From: a virus
Taxonomy: Duplodnaviria; Heunggongvirae; Uroviricota; Caudoviricetes
Direction: 5' to 3' (one strand)
DNA: 64,000 bases
IMG/VR virus record: IMGVR_UViG_3300027151_000220
A model generated the notes under the pieces. It was not told where the DNA came from. It did no database searches and was given only the letters and a program-made list of their open reading frames with translations. Positions 19,105 to 28,948 of this stretch are shown here, piece after piece (position 1 is the first letter of the stretch; every line of letters starts with the position of its first letter). The position numbers were made by a program, and so were the translations under genes.

Positions 19105-20585
19105 TGATAACAATAGAGAAATTAGATGAAGTCTACATGCGTGTGTTCGGTGATCCAAGTATCGAACAAGAACTATGTGACTTCTTTACTTACGAATATC
19201 CAGGTGCCAGATTCACTCCGCAGTATCGAGCAAGACTCTGGGATGGTAAAGTACGTCTATATGACCAAGTAAGAAAAACTCTTTATATTGGTTTGTTGGG
19301 TTATGTTGAACAGTTTTGCGAACGAAACAACTATCAGTTAACATTCAAATCAGAAATTACTACCAGTAATGGTATAACTGCTGAACAAATTTATCATTAC
19401 GCTAAATCGTTGACTCCATATGGAAGAGGTAAACCTATTGAGATTCGTGATTATCAAGTAGAAGCAGTAAAGACTGCACTTGATAGAGAACGAACACTTC
19501 TACTATCTCCAACTGCATCTGGTAAATCATTCATCATTTATACAGCGATGCGTTGGCATGTTGAACGCAATCGTAAATGTATTATTATCGTACCAACAAC
19601 TTCTCTCGTTGAACAGTTATATGCTGACTTCGAAGATTATTCAACAGCCAATGAATGGAAAGTTTCTGCTCACTGCCAAAAACTTTATTCTGGGTTCTCA
19701 AAAGATTTTACCAAAGATGTTTTGATTACAACTTGGCAATCTGTATATCTACAACCTAAAGCGTGGTTCCGTCAATTTAATGTAATCTTTGGCGATGAAG
19801 CCCATCAGTTTAAAGCCAAGTCCTTAACAACAGTTATGGAAAAGATGGATGAAATTCGTTATCGCATTGGAACTACAGGAACTCTTGATAACAAGAAAGT
19901 TCATCGTTTAGTTCTTGAAGGTATGTTCGGTCCAGTTCACCGAGTTACTACAACCAAAGCACTGATGGAATCTGAGAGACTTGCTCAACTAAATATTACT
20001 TGTCTGGTTCTGAAATATAATGAAGAAATACGTAAGGCAAGAAAAAATAATACTTACCAAGAAGAGATGGATTGGCTAGTCGCCAATGAACAGCGTAATA
20101 AGTTTATACGCAATTTGGCAGTAAAATCTCGTGGTAACACTTTAGTTCTTTTCCAATACGTAGAAAAGCATGGACAAGTTCTTTTTGATATGATTAAACA
20201 AAAAGTTCATACAGAAAGAAAAGTATTTTTTGTTCATGGTGGAGTTGATACTACAGACAGAGAATCTATTCGTCATATAACAGAGGGTGAAGATGATGCT
20301 ATTATTATTGCATCGTTTGGAACTTTCTCAACTGGTATTAATATTCCATCAATTGAAAATATTATTTTTGCATCACCATCAAAATCTAAAATTAGAAACC
20401 TACAAAGTATTGGTCGTGGGTTGAGATTGAAAGATGGTAAGGATACTTGCAATCTTTATGACTTAGCTGATGACTTGCATTGGAAGTCTTGGAAAAATCA
20501 TACATTGAACCATGCTGCAGAAAGATATAAAACTTATGCAGAAGAACAGTTTGATGTTAAACTTGTAGAGGTAAATCTATGCTAA
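19104..20585 (+). CDS. uvsW: UvsW-like SF2 DNA helicase
   Basis: From ATG 19104 (TAATG overlap with uvsY), MITIEKLDEV..FTYEYPGARFTPQYRARLWDGKVRLYD aligns with the T4 UvsW N-terminus. Walker A SPTASGKS, DEAH box GDEAHQF, helicase C-terminal motifs. The ORF track start 19077 is probably an N-terminal over-extension. Confidence 0.8.
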   Translation: MITIEKLDEVYMRVFGDPSIEQELCDFFTYEYPGARFTPQYRARLWDGKVRLYDQVRKTLYIGLLGYVEQFCERNNYQLTFKSEITTSNGITAEQIYHYAKSLTPYGRGKPIEIRDYQVEAVKTALDRERTLLLSPTASGKSFIIYTAMRWHVERNRKCIIIVPTTSLVEQLYADFEDYSTANEWKVSAHCQKLYSGFSKDFTKDVLITTWQSVYLQPKAWFRQFNVIFGDEAHQFKAKSLTTVMEKMDEIRYRIGTTGTLDNKKVHRLVLEGMFGPVHRVTTTKALMESERLAQLNITCLVLKYNEEIRKARKNNTYQEEMDWLVANEQRNKFIRNLAVKSRGNTLVLFQYVEKHGQVLFDMIKQKVHTERKVFFVHGGVDTTDRESIRHITEGEDDAIIIASFGTFSTGINIPSIENIIFASPSKSKIRNLQSIGRGLRLKDGKDTCNLYDLADDLHWKSWKNHTLNHAAERYKTYAEEQFDVKLVEVNLC

Positions 20586-21052
20586 TGGGTAATGAGCATT
20601 TTATCATTATTAAACTTGTTTCTGGTGAACAAGTTATGGCTGTGCTCGAAAAAGAAACTGATGAGAATATTCAAATCTCGACACCATTATTGCTACGTTT
20701 ATTTCCAGTACTAGGAGCAGAGCAAGGTTCTGAACACGTAACAGCAACACCATGGTGCAAGTTTGCAGACGATTCAAATTTAACTCTCAATAAAAGAAAT
20801 ATTCTTTTTGTCAAAAATCTTCACAGTATGTTAATTCCACATTATATAAGATTAGCATCTGAAGCAGAAGAGCACGTTCCAATCAAACAAAAGCAAGACG
20901 GAAGTGTAAGAAAACTGCATTGGGAAGACGAAGAAGTAGAGCAGCTTAGTAATGAAGAAATTCAGAAAAGAATCAAACTACTAGAAGCTATTGCTGAGAA
21001 GGAAGAGGAAGAAGCGAGAACCTTTATTGAAGGTAACGATACAATCCATTGA
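20579..21052 (+). CDS. hypothetical acidic protein
   Basis: 157-aa ORF overlapping the uvsW stop. Glu-rich C-terminus. No recognisable motif. Confidence 0.3.
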   Translation: MLMGNEHFIIIKLVSGEQVMAVLEKETDENIQISTPLLLRLFPVLGAEQGSEHVTATPWCKFADDSNLTLNKRNILFVKNLHSMLIPHYIRLASEAEEHVPIKQKQDGSVRKLHWEDEEVEQLSNEEIQKRIKLLEAIAEKEEEEARTFIEGNDTIH

Positions 21053-21080
21053 TCCTTTCTTTCAAACCCCACACCGAAAG

Positions 21081-21109
21081 TTTACATGTTTTCAAAATAA
21101 ATGTAAAAT
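21081..21109 (+). promoter_or_regulatory. sigma70-like promoter TTTACA-N17-TAAAAT
   Basis: tttacatgttttcaaaataaatgtaaaat in the AT-rich intergenic region upstream of gp55. Confidence 0.4.
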
Positions 21110-21145
21110 AATTTTTATATTGCAGAAATTGCAATGAAATAAAAC

Positions 21146-21174
21146 TTTACATTTATGACAAATTGTAGTATACT
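21146..21174 (+). promoter_or_regulatory. sigma70-like promoter TTTACA-N17-TATACT
   Basis: tttacatttatgacaaattgtagtatact, ~40 nt upstream of the gp55 GTG start. Confidence 0.45.
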
Positions 21175-21212
21175 TTATATTATTGAATGAAAATAACTGG
21201 AGATTTTGACTT

Positions 21213-21767
21213 GTGGCAAACTACATAAACAATGCTGACTTCTTAGCAGCAATCAAAGAATATAAGAAAAGTGTGAAGGAAGCTGAGGAGAAGGGTTTAC
21301 CGAAACCGATTATCCCAAAATATCTTGGTGAGTGCATTCTTAAAATTGCAACGCATTTATCATATAAACCAAACTTTATTAATTATACTTACAAAGATGA
21401 TATGATTCTCGATGGTATTGAGAATTGTATCAATTACTTTGATAATTTTGATCCAGAGAAGTCGAGCAATCCGTTCGCATATTTCACACAAATTATTTAC
21501 TTCGCTTTCCTACGTCGCATAGGGAAGGAGAAGAAACATTCGTATATCAAAAATAAATTGATTCAAGATATGGCTTTTGATGCATTTGAATTACAAGAGC
21601 AAGATGAAGACGGACATTATCATAATGCATATCTTGATTTTATGCAAAGTAATAGCAACTTCGATGATTCGTTTATAACAAAGAAAAAAGAAAAAAATAA
21701 AAAGAAGAAACAAACACTTGATGATTTTATAGGTGATAATGAAGATGACAGCGCACAGAAGTATTAG
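21213..21767 (+). CDS. gp55: late-transcription sigma factor gp55
   Basis: GTG start with SD GGAG. ANYINNADFLAAIKEYK and NPFAYFTQIIYFAFLRRIGKEKK align with T4 gp55 ([40 protein letters not shown]). Confidence 0.8.
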   Translation: MANYINNADFLAAIKEYKKSVKEAEEKGLPKPIIPKYLGECILKIATHLSYKPNFINYTYKDDMILDGIENCINYFDNFDPEKSSNPFAYFTQIIYFAFLRRIGKEKKHSYIKNKLIQDMAFDAFELQEQDEDGHYHNAYLDFMQSNSNFDDSFITKKKEKNKKKKQTLDDFIGDNEDDSAQKY

Positions 21768-22938
21768 AGATTTGATCCGTCAGTTGGGTGATGGTAACGT
21801 TGAGTTTAGACCAGCTCCAGCACTAGTCAGAAAAGGTCGTTCAAAAGTTAGAGCAAGAAAACGCAAAGATAGATTATTGCGTGGTCACATTTGGGATGCG
21901 ACAGATAATCAATTTAATTTGAAAGAAATTATGAGTAATAGTGACAACAAAATTTTCTTAGGTGTTTCAGATGTTGAAGACCTAATCGTATCAGAAATTA
22001 TGAAACGTCGCATCGAAGCTGGTGAGACGACTGTTCAAAGAGAGACTACTGTTCTATGTAATCGTGAACGCTGGGCTAATTGGGCAGAAGAACATTATAG
22101 CGATATGCTTTATGTTCAAAGCAATTCTTCTTCTGGGTTTATTATCGCAGAAGAAACTGAAAACTTTATCAAGTTTGATGTAAACTCCAACTCAACTACT
22201 GTTCGTGCATACGGTGACGCTGAATTCGCAGATTGTATCATTGCTGAGGTAGCAACAAATTTTGATGTTGTTACATCTTATGTTGAGTGGATCTATGGTA
22301 GTGATGGTAACTCAGTCAATGTACCTTTGAATCGTGATCGTCTTCCTGTTGAAGAAATGTATCCATTCCTTGGAGATGAAACTCTTGGTGACTACTATGA
22401 TCGTTACATGGAATCTTCTGCGAACATCTTATTGTTGATTGGTCCCCCAGGAACTGGTAAGACTACATTTATCCGTGGCTTATTGGCTTATCGTAACGCA
22501 TCTGCAATCGTAACGTATGATGCAGGTATCCTCGAGAAAGATGGTTTCTTTGCTCGTTTTATTGAGGATGATACTGAAGTGATGGTACTTGAAGATAGCG
22601 ACGCATTCCTAAAGTCACGTAGTGATGGTAATACAATGATGCATCGTTTTCTTAACGTAGGTGATGGTCTCGTAACCACTAAAGGTAAGAAGATGATTTT
22701 CTCCACTAACCTACCAAGCATCCGTGATATCGACTCTGCATTGATTCGTCCAGGACGTTGCTTCGATATTCTTACATTCGATGAATTGAATGTTGAGCAT
22801 GCTAACAAACTTGCCAAACGACTTGGAGTAAACCTTCCTGCACGTCCACGTGGTAAAGAAACTAATAAGTATTCTATCGCTGAAGTATTTAATGAACAAC
22901 AACATAAAACACCTGAAAGAAAGGTAGGGTTTGTCTGA
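21745..22938 (+). CDS. AAA+ ATPase with ~230-aa N-terminal domain of unknown function
   Basis: Walker A LLLIGPPGTGKTT, Walker B VMVLEDSD, sensor-1 FSTN, second region of homology ALIRPGRCFD. Start could also be 21733 (GTG). Occupies the slot between gp55 and gp47, where T4 has alpha-gt. Confidence 0.6.
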   Translation: MTAHRSIRDLIRQLGDGNVEFRPAPALVRKGRSKVRARKRKDRLLRGHIWDATDNQFNLKEIMSNSDNKIFLGVSDVEDLIVSEIMKRRIEAGETTVQRETTVLCNRERWANWAEEHYSDMLYVQSNSSSGFIIAEETENFIKFDVNSNSTTVRAYGDAEFADCIIAEVATNFDVVTSYVEWIYGSDGNSVNVPLNRDRLPVEEMYPFLGDETLGDYYDRYMESSANILLLIGPPGTGKTTFIRGLLAYRNASAIVTYDAGILEKDGFFARFIEDDTEVMVLEDSDAFLKSRSDGNTMMHRFLNVGDGLVTTKGKKMIFSTNLPSIRDIDSALIRPGRCFDILTFDELNVEHANKLAKRLGVNLPARPRGKETNKYSIAEVFNEQQHKTPERKVGFV

Positions 22939-23074
22939 TGTATGAAGTCAAATTAACTTTAGATAGTGGTGAAGAAATTCAAAACACATTTGAAACATTT
23001 GAACAGATGCTTTCTTTTGTGGTTGAACATGAAAAATATATTGCTACTATGCAAATTAATGCGAATGGAGAAAA

Positions 23075-24130
23075 ATGCGAGTAGCAATTATTACTGACCA
23101 ACACTTTGGTGCTCGTAATGACAGTATTGCTTTCCTAGACTTCTTTCAAAAATTCTATGACAATACTTTCTTTCCTACTATTGATTCATCTGGTATTGAC
23201 ACTGTTCTTATTCTTGGTGATACATTTGATAGACGCAAATATGTAAACTTCTATGCTCTACAAAGAGCAAAGGAAATGTTCTTTGATAAATTACAAGAAC
23301 GTGGTATAAGAGTTTATATGTTAGCAGGTAATCACGACACATACTATAAAAATACCAATGAAGTCAATTCACCAGATTTACTTTTGCGTGAATACTCCAA
23401 CATCGAAGTTATTGATGATCCGCAAACAATCTTTGTTGGTGGTATCCCGATATGTATGATGCCATGGATTTGTCCAGATAACTATCAAGAGTCACTCGAT
23501 CAATTAAAGCAAACGCAAGCAGACCTCTGTATGGGGCATTTTGAAATTGCTGGCTTTGCTATGTATAAAGGTATGCAATCTCATGAAGGATTGGAAGCAA
23601 GTTTGTTTGATAAGTTTGACCTCGTGTTTAGTGGGCATTATCATCACCGCAGTGGCAATGGTCACATTCATTACCTCGGTAATCCCTATGAACTTACTTG
23701 GCAAGATTATAATGATCCAAGAGGGTTCCATTTGTTCTGCCTTGATAATCGAGAACTCGAGTTTATCCCAAATCCTTATACAATGTTCACCAGAGTTGAG
23801 TATTCCGACAAAGGATCCGACCCCATCGACCTCGACTCTCTCGATCTAGCCGATAAGTTTGTTAAGTTAGTTGTTGTAAATAAAACTGACTTTTATAAAT
23901 TTGACAAATTTATTCAAAAGCTGTATAATAAAGGATGTCATGAAATTAAAATTATTGAGGACATGTCTGAGTTTGAAGACGGAGAGGTTGGTGAAGATAT
24001 CAATCTTGAAGATACGCTAAGTGTTTTATCTAATTATATTGACAGCGTTGAAACTGACGTTGATAAAGAGCATGTTAAAACATTTATGAAAACATTATAT
24101 ACGGAAGCCATTAACGTAGAGGTGGTCTAA
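23075..24130 (+). CDS. gp47: recombination endonuclease subunit gp47 (SbcD/Mre11-like)
   Basis: Phosphoesterase motifs ITDQHFG, LILGDTFD, GNHD, GHYH. 351 aa versus T4 gp47 339 aa. Directly followed by the SbcC-like gene. Confidence 0.8.
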   Translation: MRVAIITDQHFGARNDSIAFLDFFQKFYDNTFFPTIDSSGIDTVLILGDTFDRRKYVNFYALQRAKEMFFDKLQERGIRVYMLAGNHDTYYKNTNEVNSPDLLLREYSNIEVIDDPQTIFVGGIPICMMPWICPDNYQESLDQLKQTQADLCMGHFEIAGFAMYKGMQSHEGLEASLFDKFDLVFSGHYHHRSGNGHIHYLGNPYELTWQDYNDPRGFHLFCLDNRELEFIPNPYTMFTRVEYSDKGSDPIDLDSLDLADKFVKLVVVNKTDFYKFDKFIQKLYNKGCHEIKIIEDMSEFEDGEVGEDINLEDTLSVLSNYIDSVETDVDKEHVKTFMKTLYTEAINVEVV

Positions 24131-24438
24131 TGCAACAACTTGAGATCCAGTATTTCTTTCCATTAACAGAACAGATTCCACTTGATTTAGATTTTACACC
24201 ATGTGTTGAATATGCTGCTAGCAAAAATGTTGGATCCGTTATTTCTGGTTCTGGATTATGTTTGTCTATTGGTAATGGTGGTACTGTAGGTTGGACCACT
24301 ATCTCAAATAATCTTGGCTCGCCATCTTTTACTATTAATGTAGATGCTATGCCAATTACTGTTATTTCTAAAAAGAAACCCAACTTCATAATGAGATTCA
24401 TTTATAAGTCTATGGGTATGAAATGGAAGAGTGAATGA
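24130..24438 (+). CDS. hypothetical protein
   Basis: 102-aa ORF exactly filling the gap between gp47 and gp46 with overlapping stop/start codons. Confidence 0.3.
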   Translation: MQQLEIQYFFPLTEQIPLDLDFTPCVEYAASKNVGSVISGSGLCLSIGNGGTVGWTTISNNLGSPSFTINVDAMPITVISKKKPNFIMRFIYKSMGMKWKSE

Positions 24439-26147
24439 TTGTATTTAAAAGTGTAGAGTGGAAGAACTTTCTTTCAACAGGTAACGCAGCAAACAAAGTA
24501 TTATTGAATAAATCACCAACTACTTTAATCATTGGTAAGAATGGTGAAGGAAAAAGCACAATCTTAGATGCATTGTGCTTTTCGTTGTTTGGCAAACCAT
24601 TTCGTAACATCAATAAGAATCAGTTGATTAACAGCATCAATGGTAAGAACTGTTTAGTTACTATCGAGTTTAATATTGGTCCAGCTGAATATAAAGTTGT
24701 TCGTGGTATCAAACCAAACATCTTTGAGATCTGGCAGAATGGAACTTTGATTAATCAGGATGCTGCTTCACGTGATTATCAAAAAAGTCTCGAACAGCAA
24801 ATCCTTAAATTAAATTATAAAACTTTTACACAAGTAGTTATTCTTGGTAGTGCTTCTTTTGTTCCATTCATGCAACTACCATCGGGACAACGTAGAGAAG
24901 TTATCGAAGACATTCTTGACATTCGCATTTTCTCTACCATGAATACATTATTAAAAGAAAAAGCACAGGAGACTAAAGATGCGATCGCAAAGATTGAATC
25001 GGAGATTGCTAACGCTAAGACGAAAGTTGAAAGCCAAACGAGTATTATTAAAACTATTAGCGATGCGAAGACAGAAACGATTAAAAATTTCCAAGCCAAA
25101 GTCGAATCCCATTCTGGAGAAATTAGCAGAATCCAGTCGGAGATTGATGTCATTCTCGGAGAAATATCAACACTTAAAGGGAAGATCTCTGAGAAGGAAA
25201 CAATCAACCAAGAGTTTGAAAAAGCAAAATCAATTAAATCCAAGTTGCTCCAGAAAGTCGAAACTTGCGAACACCATACAGAGTTTTTTAATGAACATGA
25301 TGTATGTCCGTCGTGTAACCAAGATATCGCTGAAGAATACAAAGAGACCATTGTCAAAGATCTTAATGCGAAACTCATGGACAACAACTCAAAGATTGAT
25401 GAACTCGACACGATCCTCTCTGGACTTAATGAAAAACTCAAAAAGATTAATGAAGTGGCAGAAGCGATTACCGATAAGAACATTGAGTTATCTACAAGAA
25501 ACAGTACGATCACCCTACTCAACAAACAAATCGGTGAACTCCAAGCTGAGATTGAGGGGTCTAAATCTGACACAACTAACATCGATGAAGAGAAAGCCAA
25601 GTTAAAAGAACTTGCCACTGAAGCCATTGTTAAGATTAATACTAAAACATCTTTACAAGAACAGCGTAACATTGAAGAAGTTGCTTCTGCTTTATTGAAG
25701 GACACTGGTATCAAGACAGCGATTATTCGTGAGTATCTACCTGCCATGAATAAGTTGATCAACAAGTATCTAAATGCGATGGATACTTACATTCACTTTG
25801 AACTTGACGAAGCATTTAACGAAGTTATTAAATCACGTTATCGTGATGACTTTACTTACGCAAGTTTTTCGGAAGGTGAAAAAATGAGGATTGACCTTGC
25901 AATACTTTTCACTTGGCGACAAATTGCAAAAATGAAGAACTCAGTCAATACAAACCTATTGTTGCTTGACGAGATTTTTGATTCTTCATTAGACACAGCT
26001 GGAACTGATTATTTCCTTAACCTGATGAACCAGTTTGGTGAAAAGTCAAATATCTTTGTTATCTCTCACAAAGGAGACCAGCTCTTTGAGAAGTTTAGGT
26101 CTGTCATTAAGTTTGAGAAACGTAACGACTTCAGCGTTATAGCCTAA
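24435..26147 (+). CDS. gp46: recombination endonuclease subunit gp46 (SbcC/Rad50-like ABC ATPase)
   Basis: Walker A GKNGEGKST, long central coiled coil, zinc hook CPSC, signature FSEGEKMRI, Walker B LLLLDEIFD. 570 aa versus T4 560 aa. Confidence 0.85.
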   Translation: MIVFKSVEWKNFLSTGNAANKVLLNKSPTTLIIGKNGEGKSTILDALCFSLFGKPFRNINKNQLINSINGKNCLVTIEFNIGPAEYKVVRGIKPNIFEIWQNGTLINQDAASRDYQKSLEQQILKLNYKTFTQVVILGSASFVPFMQLPSGQRREVIEDILDIRIFSTMNTLLKEKAQETKDAIAKIESEIANAKTKVESQTSIIKTISDAKTETIKNFQAKVESHSGEISRIQSEIDVILGEISTLKGKISEKETINQEFEKAKSIKSKLLQKVETCEHHTEFFNEHDVCPSCNQDIAEEYKETIVKDLNAKLMDNNSKIDELDTILSGLNEKLKKINEVAEAITDKNIELSTRNSTITLLNKQIGELQAEIEGSKSDTTNIDEEKAKLKELATEAIVKINTKTSLQEQRNIEEVASALLKDTGIKTAIIREYLPAMNKLINKYLNAMDTYIHFELDEAFNEVIKSRYRDDFTYASFSEGEKMRIDLAILFTWRQIAKMKNSVNTNLLLLDEIFDSSLDTAGTDYFLNLMNQFGEKSNIFVISHKGDQLFEKFRSVIKFEKRNDFSVIA

Positions 26148-26177
26148 AACCCTACGTTCTGTAGGGTTATTTTTTCC
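26148..26177 (+). terminator. hairpin terminator (AACCCTAC-gttct-GTAGGGTT + T-run)
   Basis: Immediately after the gp46 stop. A member of a hairpin family repeated at 28663, 37751 and 53465. Confidence 0.75.
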
Positions 26178-26204
26178 AATAAAATCAACGACTTACGATA
26201 GTGC

Positions 26205-26233
26205 TTTACAAATAATCAAAACTCGGGCATAAT
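26205..26233 (+). promoter_or_regulatory. early promoter TTTACA-N17-CATAAT with conserved AAATAATCA downstream of -35
   Basis: gtgcTTTACAaataatcaaaactcgggCATAAT. The -35 flank is shared with promoters at 28718, 30121, 37879 and 46288. Confidence 0.5.
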
Positions 26234-26244
26234 TCTACTATAGA

Positions 26245-26430
26245 ATGGAGAAAATTATGCAAAACCAGTGGAGTAGTTTTGATGACTTTGAATTGGCAAG
26301 TCTTTGCCACAAGTATGATATTGGTAATGTGTGTGAGTTTGAACACATCCTACCGATAAAGTTGGCAAATCGTGATGTGGTTGAGCAAGCATTGACTGAG
26401 TTTGAATTTGATATGGCATTTGGAGAATAA
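26245..26430 (+). CDS. hypothetical small protein
   Basis: 61-aa ORF with SD GGAG, first gene after the promoter. Confidence 0.3.
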   Translation: MEKIMQNQWSSFDDFELASLCHKYDIGNVCEFEHILPIKLANRDVVEQALTEFEFDMAFGE

Positions 26431-26436
26431 TATATT

Positions 26437-28662
26437 ATGGAAATGAAAGCATCTGATCTATCCGCAAGACTTCTTGCTACAGAAAATCTTTCTGTTGTTC
26501 GTGCAAGAACTCGCACTGCATCTTTCGATATTAAGAGTCGTGTATTGACTCTTCCTATGTGGAAAGAAATGTCCCCCGAAATTGAAGATATGTTGATCGG
26601 TCATGAAGTTGGTCATGCGCTATACACGACTGACGCATATATGAAACCGATCGAAGATAACCCAAAGATTCGTAGTTATCTAAACGTCATCGAAGACGTG
26701 CGTATCGAGAAACTAATCAAACGTAAATATCCAGGTCTACGTAAGCGTATGAGTGATGGCTACAAACAACTCAACGATCGTGACTTTTTTGGTGTTGGTC
26801 AGATTCAATCATTCGCTGAATTGAACCTTATCGACAAAATTAATCTCTACTTTAAAGCAGGTGTATTTTGTGGTGTAAAATTTACATCTGAAGAAAAGAT
26901 TTTTGTTGAACGTGCTGAACGCACCGAAACTATTGACGATGTTATCACACTAGCCAATGATGTATACGCATTCTCCAGAAAACAACTGGAAGAGCGCAAG
27001 AAACAAATGCAGGAATTGGGTTTGCAATCAAACGATGAAGACGAAGAAGATCCGATTGAATCTGACTTTGACATCGATTATGACGAAGACTTTGACGAAG
27101 AAGAACTTGACGATATGGAAGAGATTGAAAAAACTGTCAAGAGCACAAAGTCCAAAGAAACTGACGAACAAGCAAACAATAATGATGATGAAGATCTTGA
27201 GTCTAAAACTGAACGTATTTTTTCCAGTAAACTAAGCGATCTCGCTGACGATACCACTGAGTATAACTACTGGAAGTTTGATACTGATTATATGGATGAA
27301 GTTGTTGTTCCATTTAAAAAGATTCTTTCTGAAACAAAATCTCCAGAGCAGTGGCTAGATGATACAGATGGTCGTGCAGAAAGATACACACGTTATGCTG
27401 AGCCAGATTATTTGACAAAGAAAGAACTTGCCGAGAAGAAAGACTTCGAACAATTTAAGATTGACTCCAGTCGTGCAGTAAACTATTTGGTCAAAGAATT
27501 CGAGATGCGCAAGAGTGCAACTATGTATAAACGTGCTCAAGTATCCAAGATCGGTTCATTGGATATGAAGAAAGTTTATGCATACAAACTCAAAGACGAT
27601 ATCTTTAAACGTGTGACCACTATACCAGAGGGTAAAAACCATGGTATGATTATGCTGGTTGACTGGTCTGGTTCTATGAATGAAGTTTTGCAAGATACAA
27701 TTAAGCAGGTTGTTAATTTGGCTATGTTCTGCAATCGTGTTCAGATTCCTTATCGTGTTTATGCTTTTACATCTGCGTACTATGATTACGTTCGTGAGAA
27801 TGCTTGTACTTCTGACGAAGCACGTTCACAACGATATACATATGAGCGTGAATTTGAAACAGCGAAACGTGCTAAAGCTGAAACCGAAAAATTAATCGGT
27901 GCTGCCAATAATTGTTTCAATCTTCTTGAATTGTTCAGTAACAAAATGACTACCAGCGAATTCAATTCAATGGCACGTCGTTTGTTGCATTGGAAATTTC
28001 AGTGGAACAAAGGATATGAAACCAGTGGCACTCCACTTAACGAAGCATTGGTATGGTGCTACAATAACGTTGGTTCGTTTGTTAAAAACAACAATATCGA
28101 GAAGATGACGTTCATTACTCTTACCGATGGCGAAGGTCATTCTTTGGCTCCTGTTGGATATCATCGTGGTTTGGATGATGTGCGAACTGAAATTGTTGGT
28201 GCTGAATACAAACGTATCAAACAGAAACATTATATCCGTGATGAAATTACTCAAAAGACTTATGAGTTTAATAAGTATGGTAACCATCAATCGAAAACTA
28301 TTCTGCAAATGATGAAAGATCGTTACAACATTTCAGTACTGGGCTTTCATATCTGTCAGAATCATCGTCGTGACTTGCGTGGTGCAATGCAAGCAAATCT
28401 ACCCGAGTATAGAGGTAGCGATGCTATGTTAATCGAAGAATGGAGAAAAGATTTCCGTGTCAAAGGATTTGCATCAATCAAGAATACTGGTCGTGATGAC
28501 TTGTTCCTGATTCCCCAATCTTCTACAAGAATTCAAGAGGGTGAGTTGGATGTGAAAGCAGATGCGAATGCAAAGGCGATCGCAAGAAACTTTGGTAAGT
28601 TTTTGAATGTCAAGAAGACTAGCCGAGTCCTTCTGAATAACTTTATTGGCTATGTTGCATAA
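26437..28662 (+). CDS. cobT: CobT-like protein with central poly-acidic region and C-terminal von Willebrand factor A domain
   Basis: Acidic stretch EDEEDPIESDFDIDYDEDFDEEELDDMEEIE. C-terminal VWA/MIDAS-like DWSGSM motif. Paired with the downstream MoxR/CobS-like ATPase. Confidence 0.65.
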   Translation: MEMKASDLSARLLATENLSVVRARTRTASFDIKSRVLTLPMWKEMSPEIEDMLIGHEVGHALYTTDAYMKPIEDNPKIRSYLNVIEDVRIEKLIKRKYPGLRKRMSDGYKQLNDRDFFGVGQIQSFAELNLIDKINLYFKAGVFCGVKFTSEEKIFVERAERTETIDDVITLANDVYAFSRKQLEERKKQMQELGLQSNDEDEEDPIESDFDIDYDEDFDEEELDDMEEIEKTVKSTKSKETDEQANNNDDEDLESKTERIFSSKLSDLADDTTEYNYWKFDTDYMDEVVVPFKKILSETKSPEQWLDDTDGRAERYTRYAEPDYLTKKELAEKKDFEQFKIDSSRAVNYLVKEFEMRKSATMYKRAQVSKIGSLDMKKVYAYKLKDDIFKRVTTIPEGKNHGMIMLVDWSGSMNEVLQDTIKQVVNLAMFCNRVQIPYRVYAFTSAYYDYVRENACTSDEARSQRYTYEREFETAKRAKAETEKLIGAANNCFNLLELFSNKMTTSEFNSMARRLLHWKFQWNKGYETSGTPLNEALVWCYNNVGSFVKNNNIEKMTFITLTDGEGHSLAPVGYHRGLDDVRTEIVGAEYKRIKQKHYIRDEITQKTYEFNKYGNHQSKTILQMMKDRYNISVLGFHICQNHRRDLRGAMQANLPEYRGSDAMLIEEWRKDFRVKGFASIKNTGRDDLFLIPQSSTRIQEGELDVKADANAKAIARNFGKFLNVKKTSRVLLNNFIGYVA

Positions 28663-28705
28663 CCCTACGGATTGTAGGGGATTGCAAACCCTCTGGAATA
28701 GAGGG
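28663..28705 (+). terminator. tandem hairpins CCCTAC-ggatt-GTAGGG and CCCTCT-ggaat-AGAGGG
   Basis: Directly after the cobT-like stop. The same double-hairpin arrangement recurs at 37751-37801. Confidence 0.6.
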
Positions 28706-28717
28706 TGAAAATATTGC

Positions 28718-28746
28718 TTTACAATAATTCAAAAAAGACGTATAAT
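28718..28746 (+). promoter_or_regulatory. early promoter TTTACA-N17-TATAAT
   Basis: ttgcTTTACAataattcaaaaaagacgTATAAT. Confidence 0.55.
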
Positions 28747-28772
28747 TATTGTATAGAGTGAAAGGATTGTTA

Positions 28773-28922
28773 TGAAGTTCTTTGTTATTGATACTGTGAA
28801 TAAAATTGTTGTTTCTGAAGGTTTCGCTAATTTCGGTCTGGCTTATGATTACCTTCGGTCTGTTGTGTTACCTGCTGATTATCCTGATGGTGGGGTTCTT
28901 GAAATTTGGTCTAGTGTTTGAA
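28773..28922 (+). CDS. hypothetical small protein (49 aa)
   Basis: ATG with SD AAAGGA, first ORF downstream of the promoter. Not in the ORF track because it is under 60 aa. Confidence 0.25.
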
Positions 28923-28948
28923 TTTTTTATTATGAAAGTGAGTGAGTG

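Noticed and set aside
24815-25765. 316-aa ORF on the minus strand
   Set aside because: It lies entirely antisense inside the gp46 (SbcC-like) gene. It is Ser/Leu-rich, as expected for the shadow frame of a Lys/Glu-rich coiled-coil gene. It has no SD.
26201-26210. TGCTTTA resembling a T4 MotA box in several promoters (26202, 28714, 53495)
   Set aside because: The spacing to the -10 element is 19 nt rather than the 11-13 nt of MotA-dependent middle promoters. The sequences fit a sigma70 -35 TTTACA with a 17-nt spacer (early promoter type).
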